Positions 1-12,500 of a stretch of DNA of 64,000 nt are shown piece by piece; the first letter of the stretch is position 1; each line of letters opens with the position of its first letter. This DNA comes from Auanema rhodensis (Eukaryota > Animalia > Nematoda), in the NCBI GenBank assembly GCA_964057225.1, contig OZ059900.1, positions 2,604,001-2,668,000 on the forward strand. Reading direction: 5' to 3'. The notes below the pieces were generated by a model. The model had not been told where the DNA came from and ran no database searches. It saw only the letters and a list, made by a program, of their open reading frames with translations. The translations under genes and the position numbers were made by a program.

Positions 1-3000
1 AAATTTCCGAGTTTTGAGTCTAATTTGGCTAAATCGCTCATATATATGATCAGAAGCATAGGTGTATTGTCTATGACAACAAAAGTCATTAATTAAACAC
101 TAATGATGTTTAAATCACTAAATTTCGCTCTAATAGCATTACTACACTAAGTATGGTCGTTTTTATGCCTTTAACACCATATACTAACCGATTTTTGGTA
201 CAAAATCTGTAATACTCGTAAATTTTGATCATATTCGTTAAGATTTGAGAATCAAACACACAATACACAAAATCAGTCTATTTTTATGAGCTTGCACTGA
301 TATATATTCATTTTGATCAAAAAAGGTCGAAAATAGAAAGAATTTTTGAAATTTCCGAGTTTTGAGTCTAATTTGGCTAAATGGCTCATATATATGATCA
401 GAAGCATAGGTGTATTGTCTATGACAACAAAAGTCATCAATTAAACGCTAGTGATGTTTAAATACTGAATTTCGCTCAAATAGCATTACTACACTAAGTA
501 TGGTCGTTTTTATGCCTTTAACACCATATACTCACCGATTTTTGGTACAAAATCTGTAATACTCGTAAATTTTGATCATATTCGTTAAGATTTGAGAATC
601 AAACATACAATACACAAAATCAGTCTATTTTTATGAGCTTGCACTGATATATATTCATTTTGATCAAAAAAGGTCGAAAATAGAAAGAATTTTTGAAATT
701 TCCGAGTTTTGAGTCTAATTTGGCTAAATCGCTCATATATATGATCAAAAACATAGTTTTACTGTCTATGATAACAAAAGTCTTCAAATATACACTAATA
801 ATGATTAAATCACTGAATTTCAGTCAAATAGCATTACTACACTAAGTATGGTCGTTTTTATGCCTTTAACACCATATACTCACCGATTTTTGGTACAAAA
901 TCTGTAATACTCGTAAATTTTGATCATATTCGTTAAGATTTGAGAATCAAACACACAATACACAAAATCAGTCTATTTTTATGAGCTTGCACTGATATAT
1001 ATTCATTTTGATCAAAAAAGGTCGAAAATAGAAAGAATTTTGGAAATTTCCGAGTTTTGAGTCTAATTTGGCTAAATCGCTCATATATATGATCAGAAGC
1101 ATAGGTGTATTGTCTATGACAACAAAAGTCATCAATTAAACGCTAGTGATGTTTTAATACTGAATTTCGCTCAAATAGCATTACTACACTAAGTATGGTC
1201 GTTTTTATGCCTTTAACACCATATACTCACCGATTTTTGGTACAAAATCTGTAATACTCGTAAATTTTGATCATATTCGTTAAGATTTGAGAATCAAACA
1301 TACAATACACAAAATCAGTCTATTTTTATGAGCTTGCACTGATATATATTCATTTTGATCAAAAAAGGTCGAAAATAGAAAGAATTTTTGAAATTTCCGA
1401 GTTTTGAGTCTAATTTGGCTAAATCGCTCATATATATGATCAAAAGCATAGTTTTACTGTCTATGATAACAAAAGTCTTCAATTATACACTAATAATGAT
1501 TAAATCACTGAATTTCAGTCAAATAGCATTACTACACTAAGTATGGTCGTTTTTATGCCTTTAACACCATATACTCACCGATTTTTGGTACAAAATCTGT
1601 AATACTTGTAAATTTTGATCATATTTGTTAAGATTCGAGAATCAAACACATAATACACGAAATAAGTCTATTTTTACAAGTTTGCACTGATATTTATTCA
1701 TTTTGATCAAAAAAGGTCGAAAATAGAAAGAATTTTTGAAATTTCCGAGTTTTGAGTCTAATTTGGCTAAATCGCTCATATATATGATCAGAAGCATAGT
1801 TTTATTGTCTATGACAACAAAAGTCATCAATTAAACGCTAGTGATGTTTAAATACTGATTTTCGCTCAAATAGCATTACTACACTAAGTATGGTCGTTTT
1901 TATGCCTTTAACACCATATACTCACCGATTTTTGGTACAAAATCTGTAATACTCGTAAATTTTGATCATATTCGTTAAGATTTGAAAATCAAACACATAA
2001 TACACGAAATAAGTCTATTTTTATGAGTTTGCACTGATATTTATTCATTTTGATCAAAAAAGGTCGAAAATAGAAAGAATTTTTGAAATTTCCGAGATTT
2101 GAGTCTAATTTGGCTAAATCGCTCATATATATGATCAGAAGCATAGTTTTATTGTCTATGACAACAAAAATCATCAATTAAACGCTAGTGATGTTTAAAT
2201 ACTGATTTTCGCTCAAATAGCATTACTACACTAAGTATGGTCGTTTTTATGCCTTTAACACCATATACTCACCGATTTTTGGTACAAAATCTGTAATACT
2301 CGTAAATTTTGATCATATTCGTTAAGATTTGAGAATCAAACATACAATACACAAAATCAGTCCATTTTTATGAGCTTGCACTGATATATATTCATTTTGA
2401 TCAAAAAAGGTCGAAAATAGAAAGAATTTTTGAAATTTCCGAGTTTTGAGTCTAATTTGGCTAAATCGCTCATATATATGATCAGAAGCATAGTTTTATT
2501 GTCTATGACAACAAAAATCATCAATTAAACGCTAGTGATGTTTAAATACTGATTTTCGCTCAAATAGCATTACTACACTAAGTATGGTCGTTTTTATGCC
2601 TTTAACACCATATACTCACCGATTTTTGGTACAAAATCTGTAATACTCGTAAAATTTGATCATATTTGTTAAGATTTGAGAATCAAACACACAATACACA
2701 AAATCAGTCTATTTTTATGAGTTTACACTGATATATATTCATTTTCATCAAAAAAGGTCGAAAATAGAAAGAATTTTTGAATTTTCCGAGTTTTGAGTCG
2801 AATTGGGCTAAATCGCTCATATATATGATCAAAAGCATAGTTTTACTGTCTATGATAACAAAAGTCTTCAAATATACACTAATAATGATTAAATCACTGA
2901 ATTTCACTCAAATAGCATTACTACACTAAGTATGGTCGTTTTTATGCCTTTAACACCATATACTCACCGATTTTTGGTACAAAATCTGTAATACTTGTAA

Positions 3001-3025
3001 ATTTTGATCATATTTGTTAAGATTC

Positions 3026-3067
3026 GAGAATCAAACACATAATACACAAAATAAGTCTATTTTTTTT
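3026..3067. repeat. 42-bp truncated-monomer scar (first of 11 copies: 3026, 6541, 9014, 14615, 18130, 20603, 22728, 25201, 26632, 31535, 34008)
   Basis: gagaatcaaacacataatacacaaaataagtctatttttttt is immediately followed by gagaatcaaacatacaatacacaaaatcagtc. This produces 390- and 737-bp ORF spacings. Confidence 0.95.
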
Positions 3068-3559
3068 GAGAATCAAACATACAATACACAAAATCAGTCT
3101 ATTTTTATGAGCTTGCACTGATATATATTCATTTTGATCAAAAAAGGTCGAAAATAGAAAGAATTTTTGAAATTTCCGAGTTTTGAGTCTAATTTGGCTA
3201 AATCGCTCATATATATGATCAGAAGCATAGTTTTATTGTCTATGACAACAAAAATCATCAATTAAACGCTAGTGATGTTTAAATACTGATTTTCGCTCAA
3301 ATAGCATTACTACACTAAGTATGGTCGTTTTTATGCCTTTAACACCATATACTCACCGATTTTTGGTACAAAATCTGTAATACTCGTAAAATTTGATCAT
3401 ATTTGTTAAGATTTGAGAATCAAACACACAATACACAAAATCAGTCTATTTTTATGAGTTTACACTGATATATATTCATTTTCATCAAAAAAGGTCGAAA
3501 ATAGAAAGAATTTTTGAATTTTCCGAGTTTTGAGTCAAATTGGGCTAAATCGCTCATAT

Positions 3560-6500
3560 ATATGATCAAAAGCATAGTTTTACTGTCTATGATAACAAAA
3601 GTCTTCAAATATACACTAATAATGATTAAATCACTGAATTTCACTCAAATAGCATTACTACACTAAGTATGGTCGTTTTTATGCCTTTAACACCATATAC
3701 TCACCGATTTTTGGTACAAAATCTGTAATACTTGTAAATTTTGATCATATTTGTTAAGATTCGAGAATCAAACACATAATACACAAAATAAGTCTATTTT
3801 TACAAGTTTGCACTGATATTTATTCATTTTGATCAAAAAAGGTCGAAAATAGAAAGAATTTTTGAAATTTCCGAGTTTTGAGTCCAATTTGGCTAAATCG
3901 CTCATATATATGATCAAAAGCATAGTTTTATTGTCTATAACAACAAAAGTCATCAATTAAACGCTAGTGATGTTTAAATACTGAATTTCGCTCAAATAGC
4001 ATTACTACACTAAGTATGGTCGTTTTTATGCCTTTAACACCATATACTCACCGATTTTTGGTACAAAATCTATAATACTCGTAAATTTTGATCATATTCG
4101 TTAAGATTTGAGAATCAAACATACAATACACAAAATCAGTCTATTTTTATGAGCTTGCACTGATATATATTCATTTTGATCAAAAAAGGTCGAAAATAGA
4201 AAGAATTTTTGAAATTTCCGAGTTTTGAGTCTAATTTGGCTAAATCGCTCATATATATGATCAAAAGCATAGTTTTATTGTCTATGACAACAAAAGTCAT
4301 CAATTAAACGCTAGTGATGTTTAAATACTGAATTTCGCTCAAATAGCATTACTACACTAAGTATGGTCGTTTTTATGCCTTTAACACTATATACTCACCG
4401 ATTTTTGGTACAAAATCTGTAATACTCGTAAATTTTGATCATATTCGTTAAGATTTGAGAATCAAACATACAATACACAAAATCAGTCTATTTTTATGAG
4501 CTTGCACTGATATATATTCATTTTGATCAAAAAAGGTCGAAAATTGAAAGAATTTTTGAAATTTCCGAGTTTTGAGTCTAATTTGGCTAAATCGCTCATA
4601 TATATGATCAGAAGCATAGTTTTATTGTCTATGACAACAAAAGTCATCAATTAAACGCTAGTGATGTTTAAATACTGATTTTCGCTCAAATAGCATTACT
4701 ACACTAAGTATGGTCGTTTTTATGCCTTTAACACCATATACTCACCGATTTTTGGTACAAAATCTGTAATACTCGTAAATTTTGATCATATTCGTTAAGA
4801 TTTGAAAATCAAACACATAATACACGAAATCAGTCTATTTTTATGAGCTTGCACTGATATATATTCATTTTGATCAAAAAAGGTCGAAAATAGAAAGAAT
4901 TTTGGAAATTTCCGAGTTTTGAGTCTAATTTGGCTAAATCGCTCATATATATGATCAAAAGCATAGTTTTACTGTCTATGATAACAAAAGTCTTCAAATA
5001 TACACTAATAATGATTAAATCACTGAATTTCACTCAAATAGCATTACTACACTAAGTATGGTCGTTTTTATGCCTTTAACACCATATACTCACCGATTTT
5101 TGGTACAAAATCTGTAATACTTGTAAATTTTGATCATATTTGTTAAGATTCGAGAATCAAACACATAATACACAAAATAAGTCTATTTTTACAAGTTTGC
5201 ACTGATATTTATTCATTTTGATCAAAAAAGGTCGAAAATAGAAAGAATTTTTGAAATTTCCGAGTTTTGAGTCCAATTTGGCTAAATCGCTCATATATAT
5301 GATCAAAAGCATAGTTTTATTGTCTATAACAACAAAAGTCATCAATTAAACGCTAGTGATGTTTAAATACTGAATTTCGCTCAAATAGCATTACTACACT
5401 AAGTATGGTCGTTTTTATGCCTTTAACACCATATACTCACCGATTTTTGGTACAAAATCTATAATACTCGTAAATTTTGATCATATTCGTTAAGATTTGA
5501 GAATCAAACATACAATACACAAAATCAGTCTATTTTTATGAGCTTGCACTGATATATATTCATTTTGATCAAAAAAGGTCGAAAATAGAAAGAATTTTTG
5601 AAATTTCCGAGTTTTGAGTCTAATTTGGCTAAATCGCTCATATATATGATCAAAAGCATAGTTTTATTGTCTATGACAACAAAAGTCATCAATTAAACGC
5701 TAGTGATGTTTAAATACTGAATTTCGCTCAAATAGCATTACTACACTAAGTATGGTCGTTTTTATGCCTTTAACACTATATACTCACCGATTTTTGGTAC
5801 AAAATCTGTAATACTCGTAAATTTTGATCATATTCGTTAAGATTTGAGAATCAAACATACAATACACAAAATCAGTCTATTTTTATGAGCTTGCACTGAT
5901 ATATATTCATTTTGATCAAAAAAGGTCGAAAATAGAAAGAATTTTTGAAATTTCCGAGTTTTGAGTCTAATTTGGCTAAATCGCTCATATATATGATCAG
6001 AAGCATAGTTTTATTGTCTATGACAACAAAAGTCATCAATTAAACGCTAGTGATGTTTAAATACTGATTTTCGCTCAAATAGCATTACTACACTAAGTAT
6101 GGTCGTTTTTATGCCTTTAACACCATATACTCACCGATTTTTGGTACAAAATCTGTAATACTCGTAAATTTTGATCATATTCGTTAAGATTTGAAAATCA
6201 AACACATAATACACGAAATCAGTCTATTTTTATGAGCTTGCACTGATATATATTCATTTTGATCAAAAAAGGTCGAAAATAGAAAGAATTTTTGAAATTT
6301 CCGAGTTTTGAGTCTAATTTGGCTAAATCGCTCATATATATGATCAAAAGCATAGTTTTACTGTCTATGATAACAAAAGTCTTCAAATATACACTAATAA
6401 TGATTAAATCACTGAATTTCACTCAAATAGCATTACTACACTAAGTATGGTCGTTTTTATGCCTTTAACACCATATACTCACCGATTTTTGGTACAAAAT

Positions 6501-6575
6501 CTGTAATACTTGTAAATTTTGATCATATTTGTTAAGATTCGAGAATCAAACACATAATACACAAAATAAGTCTAT
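3560..6575. repeat. 4-monomer tandem HOR (1389 bp), ~2 copies; also present in the +11589 copy
   Basis: ORF offsets 3768->5157 and 4830->6219 are both 1389 = 4x347+1. Markers ctataatact and aacactatat recur at this offset. Boundaries are approximate. Confidence 0.85.
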
Positions 6576-9500
6576 TTTTTTTGAGAATCAAACATACAAT
6601 ACACAAAATCAGTCTATTTTTATGAGCTTGCACTGATATATATTCATTTTGATCAAAAAAGGTCGAAAATAGAAAGAATTTTTGAAATTTCCGAGTTTTG
6701 AGTCTAATTTGGCTAAATCGCTCATATATATGATCAGAAGCATAGTTTTATTGTCTATGACAACAAAAATCATCAATTAAACGCTAGTGATGTTTAAATA
6801 CTGATTTTCGCTCAAATAGCATTACTACACTAAGTATGGTCGTTTTTATGCCTTTAACACCATATACTCACCGATTTTTGGTACAAAATCTGTAATACTC
6901 GTAAAATTTGATCATATTTGTTAAGATTTGAGAATCAAACACACAATACACAAAATCAGTCTATTTTTATGAGTTTACACTGATATATATTCATTTTCAT
7001 CAAAAAAGGTCGAAAATAGAAAGAATTTTTGAATTTTCCGAGTTTTGAGTCGAATTGGGCTAAATCGCTCATATATATGATCAAAAGCATAGTTTTACTG
7101 TCTATGATAACAAAAGTCTTCAAATATACACTAATAATGATTAAATCACTGAATTTCACTCAAATAGCATTACTACACTAAGTATGGTCGTTTTTATGCC
7201 TTTAAAACCATATACTCACCGATTTTTGGTACAAAATCTGTAATACTTGTAAATTTTGATCATATTTGTTAAGATTCGAGAATCAAACACATAATACACA
7301 AAATAAGTCTATTTTTACAAGTTTGCACTGATATTTATTCATTTTGATCAAAAAAGGTCGAAAATAGAAAGAATTTTTGAAATTTCCGAGTTTTGAGTCC
7401 AATTTGGCTAAATCGCTCATATATATGATCAAAAGCATAGTTTTATTGTCTATAACAACAAAAGTCATCAATTAAACGCTAGTGATGTTTAAATACTGAA
7501 TTTCGCTCAAATAGCATTACTACACTAAGTATGGTCGTTTTTATGCCTTTAACACCATATACTCACCGATTTTTGGTACAAAATCTATAATACTCGTAAA
7601 TTTTGATCATATTCGTTAAGATTTGAGAATCAAACATACAATACACAAAATCAGTCTATTTTTATGAGCTTGCACTGATATATATTCATTTTGATCAAAA
7701 AAGGTCGAAAATAGAAAGAATTTTTGAAATTTCCGAGTTTTGAGTCTAATTTGGCTAAATCGCTCATATATATGATCAAAAGCATAGTTTTATTGTCTAT
7801 TACAACAAAAGTCATCAATTAAACGCTAGTGATGTTTAAATACTGAATTTCGCTCAAATAGCATTACTACACTAAGTATGGTCGTTTTTATGCCTTTAAC
7901 ACTATATACTCACCGATTTTTGGTACAAAATCTGTAATACTCGTAAATTTTGATCATATTCGTTAAGATTTGAGAATCAAACATACAATACACAAAATCA
8001 GTCTATTTTTATGAGCTTGCACTGATATATATTCATTTTGATCAAAAAAGGTCGAAAATAGAAAGAATTTTTGAAATTTCCGAGTTTTGAGTCTAATTTG
8101 GCTAAATCGCTCATATATATGATCAGAAGCATAGTTTTATTGTCTATGACAACAAAAGTCATCAATTAAACGCTAGTGATGTTTAAATACTGATTTTCGC
8201 TCAAATAGCATTACTACACTAAGTATGGTCGTTTTTATGCCTTTAACACCATATACTCACCGATTTTTGGTACAAAATCTGTAATACTCGTAAATTTTGA
8301 TCATATTCGTTAAGATTTGAAAATCAAACACATAATACACGAAATCAGTCTATTTTTATGAGCTTGCACTGATATATATTCATTTTGATCAAAAAAGGTC
8401 GAAAATAGAAAGAATTTTTGAAATTTCCGAGTTTTGAGTCTAATTTGGCTAAATCGCTCATATATATGATCAGAAGCATAGTTTTATTGTCTATGACAAC
8501 AAAAATCATCAATTAAACGCTAGTGATGTTTAAATACTGATTTTCGCTCAAATAGCATTACTACACTAAGTATGGTCGTTTTTATGCCTTTAACACCATA
8601 TACTCACCGATTTTTGGTACAAAATCTGTAATACTCGTAAAATTTGATCATATTTGTTAAGATTTGAGAATCAAACACACAATACACAAAATCAGTCTAT
8701 TTTTATGAGTTTACACTGATATATATTCATTTTCATCAAAAAAGGTCGAAAATAGAAAGAATTTTTGAATTTTCCGAGTTTTGAGTCTAATTTGGCTAAA
8801 TCGCTCATATATATGATCAAAAGCATAGTTTTACTGTCTATGATAACAAAAGTCTTCAAATATACACTAATAATGATTAAATCACTGAATTTCACTCAAA
8901 TAGCATTACTACACTAAGTATGGTCGTTTTTATGCCTTTAACACCATATACTCACCGATTTTTGGTACAAAATCTGTAATACTTGTAAATTTTGATCATA
9001 TTTGTTAAGATTCGAGAATCAAACACATAATACACAAAATAAGTCTATTTTTTTTGAGAATCAAACATACAATACACAAAATCAGTCTATTTTTATGAGC
9101 TTGCACTGATATATATTCATTTTGATCAAAAAAGGTCGAAAATAGAAAGAATTTTTGAAATTTCCGAGTTTTGAGTCTAATTTGGCTAAATCGCTCATAT
9201 ATATGATCAAAAGCATAGTTTTACTGTCTATGATAACAAAAGTCTTCAAATATACACTAATAATGATTAAATCACTGAATTTCACTCAAATAGCATTACT
9301 ACACTAAGTATGGTCGTTTTTATGCCTTTAACACCATATACTCACCGATTTTTGGTACAAAATCTGTAATACTCGTAAATTTTGATCATATTCGTTAAGA
9401 TTTGAAAATCAAACACATAATACACGAAATCAGTCTATTTTTATGAGCTTGCACTGATATATATTCATTTTGATCAAAAAAGGTCGAAAATAGAAAGAAT

Positions 9501-12500
9501 TTTTGAAATTTCCGAGTTTTGAGTCTAATTTGGCTAAATCGCTCATATATATGATCAGAAGCATAGTTTTATTGTCTATGACAACAAAAATCATCAATTA
9601 AACGCTAGTGATGTTTAAATACTGATTTTCGCTCAAATAGCATTACTACACTAAGTATGGTCGTTTTTATGCCTTTAACACCATATACTCACCGATTTTT
9701 GGTACAAAATCTGTAATACTCGTAAAATTTGATCATATTTGTTAAGATTTGAGAATCAAACACACAATACACAAAATCAGTCTAGTTTTATGAGTTTGCA
9801 CTGATATTTATTCATTTTGATCAAAAAAGGTCGAAAATAGAAAGAATTTTTGAATTTTCCGAGTTTTGAGTCCAATTGGGCTAAATCGCTCATATAGATG
9901 ATCAAAAGCATAGTTTTACTGTCTATGATAACAAAAGTCTTCAAATATACACTAATAATGTGTAAATCACTGAATTTCACTCAAATAGCATTACTACACT
10001 AAGTATGGTCGTTTTTATGCCTTTAACACCATATACTCACCGATTTTTGGTACAAAATCTGTAATACTTGTAAATTTTGATCATATTCGTTAAGATTCGA
10101 GAATCAAACACATAATACACGAAATAAGTCTATTTTTATGAGTTTGCACTGATATTTATTCATTTTGATCAAAAAAGGTCGAAAATAGAAAGAATTTTTG
10201 AAATTTCCGAGTTTTGAGTCTAATTTGGCTAAATCGCTCATATATATGATCAGAAGCATAGTTTTATTGTCTATGACAACAAAAATTATCAATTAAACGC
10301 TAGTGATGTTTAAATACTGATTTTCGCTCAAATAGCATTACTACACTAAGTATGGTCGTTTTTATGCCTTTAACACCATATACTCACCGATTTTTGGTAC
10401 AAAATCTGTAATACTCGTAAATTTTGATCATATTCGTTAAGATTTGAGAATCAAACATACAATACACAAAATCAGTCTATTTTTATGAGCTTGCACTGAT
10501 ATATATTCATTTTGATCAAAAAAGGTCGAAAATAGAAAGAATTTTTGAAATTTCCGAGTTTTGAGTCTAATTTGGCTAAATCGCTCATATATATGATCAA
10601 AAGCATAGTTTTATTGTCTATAACAACAAAAGTCATCAATTAAACGCTAGTGATGTTTAAATACTGAATTTCGCTCAAATAGCATTACTACACTAAGTAT
10701 GGTCGTTTTTATGCCTTTAACACCATATACTCACCGATTTTTGGTACAAAATCTGTAATACTTGTAAATTTTGATCATATTTGTTAAGATTCGAGAATCA
10801 AACACATAATACACGAAATAAGTCTATTTTTACAAGTTTGCACTGATATTTATTCATTTTGATCAAAAAAGGTCGAAAATAGAAAGAATTTTTGAAATTT
10901 CCGAGTTTTGAGTCCAATTTGGCTAAATCGCTCATATATAAGATCAAAAGCATAGTTTTATTGTCTATAACAACAAAAGTCATCAATTAAACGCTAGTGA
11001 TGTTTAAATACTGAATTTCGCTCAAATAGCATTACTACACTAAGTATGGTCGTTTTTATGCCTTTAACACCATATACTCACCGATTTTTGGTACAAAATC
11101 TGTAATACTCGTAAATTTTGATCATATTCGTTAAGATTTGAGAATCAAACATACAATACACAAAATCAGTCTATTTTTATGAGCTTGCACTGATATATAT
11201 TCATTTTGATCAAAAAAGGTCGAAAATAGAAAGAATTTTTGAAATTTCCGAGTTTTGAGTCTAATTTGGCTAAATCGCTCATATATATGATCAGAAGCAT
11301 AGGTGTATTGTCTATGACAACAAAAGTCATTAATTAAACACTAATGATGTTTAAATCACTAAATTTCGCTCTAATAGCATTACTACACTAAGTATGGTCG
11401 TTTTTATGCCTTTAACACCATATACTCACCGATTTTTGGTACAAAATCTGTAATACTCGTAAATTTTGATCATATTCGTTAAGATTTGAGAATCAAACAT
11501 ACAATACACAAAATCAGTCTATTTTTATGAGCTTGCACTGATATATATTCATTTTGATCAAAAAAGGTCGAAAATAGAAAGAATTTTTGAAATTTCCGAG
11601 TTTTGAGTCTAATTTGGCTAAATCGCTCATATATATGATCAGAAGCATAGGTGTATTGTCTATGACAACAAAAGTCATTAATTAAACACTAATGATGTTT
11701 AAATCACTAAATTTCGCTCTAATAGCATTACTACACTAAGTATGGTCGTTTTTATGCCTTTAACACCATATACTAACCGATTTTTGGTACAAAATCTGTA
11801 ATACTCGTAAATTTTGATCATATTCGTTAAGATTTGAGAATCAAACACACAATACACAAAATCAGTCTATTTTTATGAGCTTGCACTGATATATATTCAT
11901 TTTGATCAAAAAAGGTCGAAAATAGAAAGAATTTTTGAAATTTCCGAGTTTTGAGTCTAATTTGGCTAAATGGCTCATATATATGATCAGAAGCATAGGT
12001 GTATTGTCTATGACAACAAAAGTCATCAATTAAACGCTAGTGATGTTTAAATACTGAATTTCGCTCAAATAGCATTACTACACTAAGTATGGTCGTTTTT
12101 ATGCCTTTAACACCATATACTCACCGATTTTTGGTACAAAATCTGTAATACTCGTAAATTTTGATCATATTCGTTAAGATTTGAGAATCAAACATACAAT
12201 ACACAAAATCAGTCTATTTTTATGAGCTTGCACTGATATATATTCATTTTGATCAAAAAAGGTCGAAAATAGAAAGAATTTTTGAAATTTCCGAGTTTTG
12301 AGTCTAATTTGGCTAAATCGCTCATATATATGATCAAAAACATAGTTTTACTGTCTATGATAACAAAAGTCTTCAAATATACACTAATAATGATTAAATC
12401 ACTGAATTTCAGTCAAATAGCATTACTACACTAAGTATGGTCGTTTTTATGCCTTTAACACCATATACTCACCGATTTTTGGTACAAAATCTGTAATACT

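Noticed and set aside
1-348. CENP-B box
   Set aside because: I found no match to the TTCG-N4-A-N2-CGGG core on either strand; the monomer lacks CGGG/CCCG.
1-348. Monomer as a diverged dimer of ~174-bp subunits
   Set aside because: Only short motifs recur within the monomer (tgatca, acaaaatc[t/a]gt), at inconsistent spacings. I could not align the two halves by eye; a self dot-plot would settle it.
1-348. Tandem RNA gene array (5S rRNA, tRNA, spliced leader, snRNA)
   Set aside because: At ~29% GC, there are no recognisable 5S/tRNA internal promoter boxes, cloverleaf or known leader sequence. An Rfam/Infernal scan would be the formal test.
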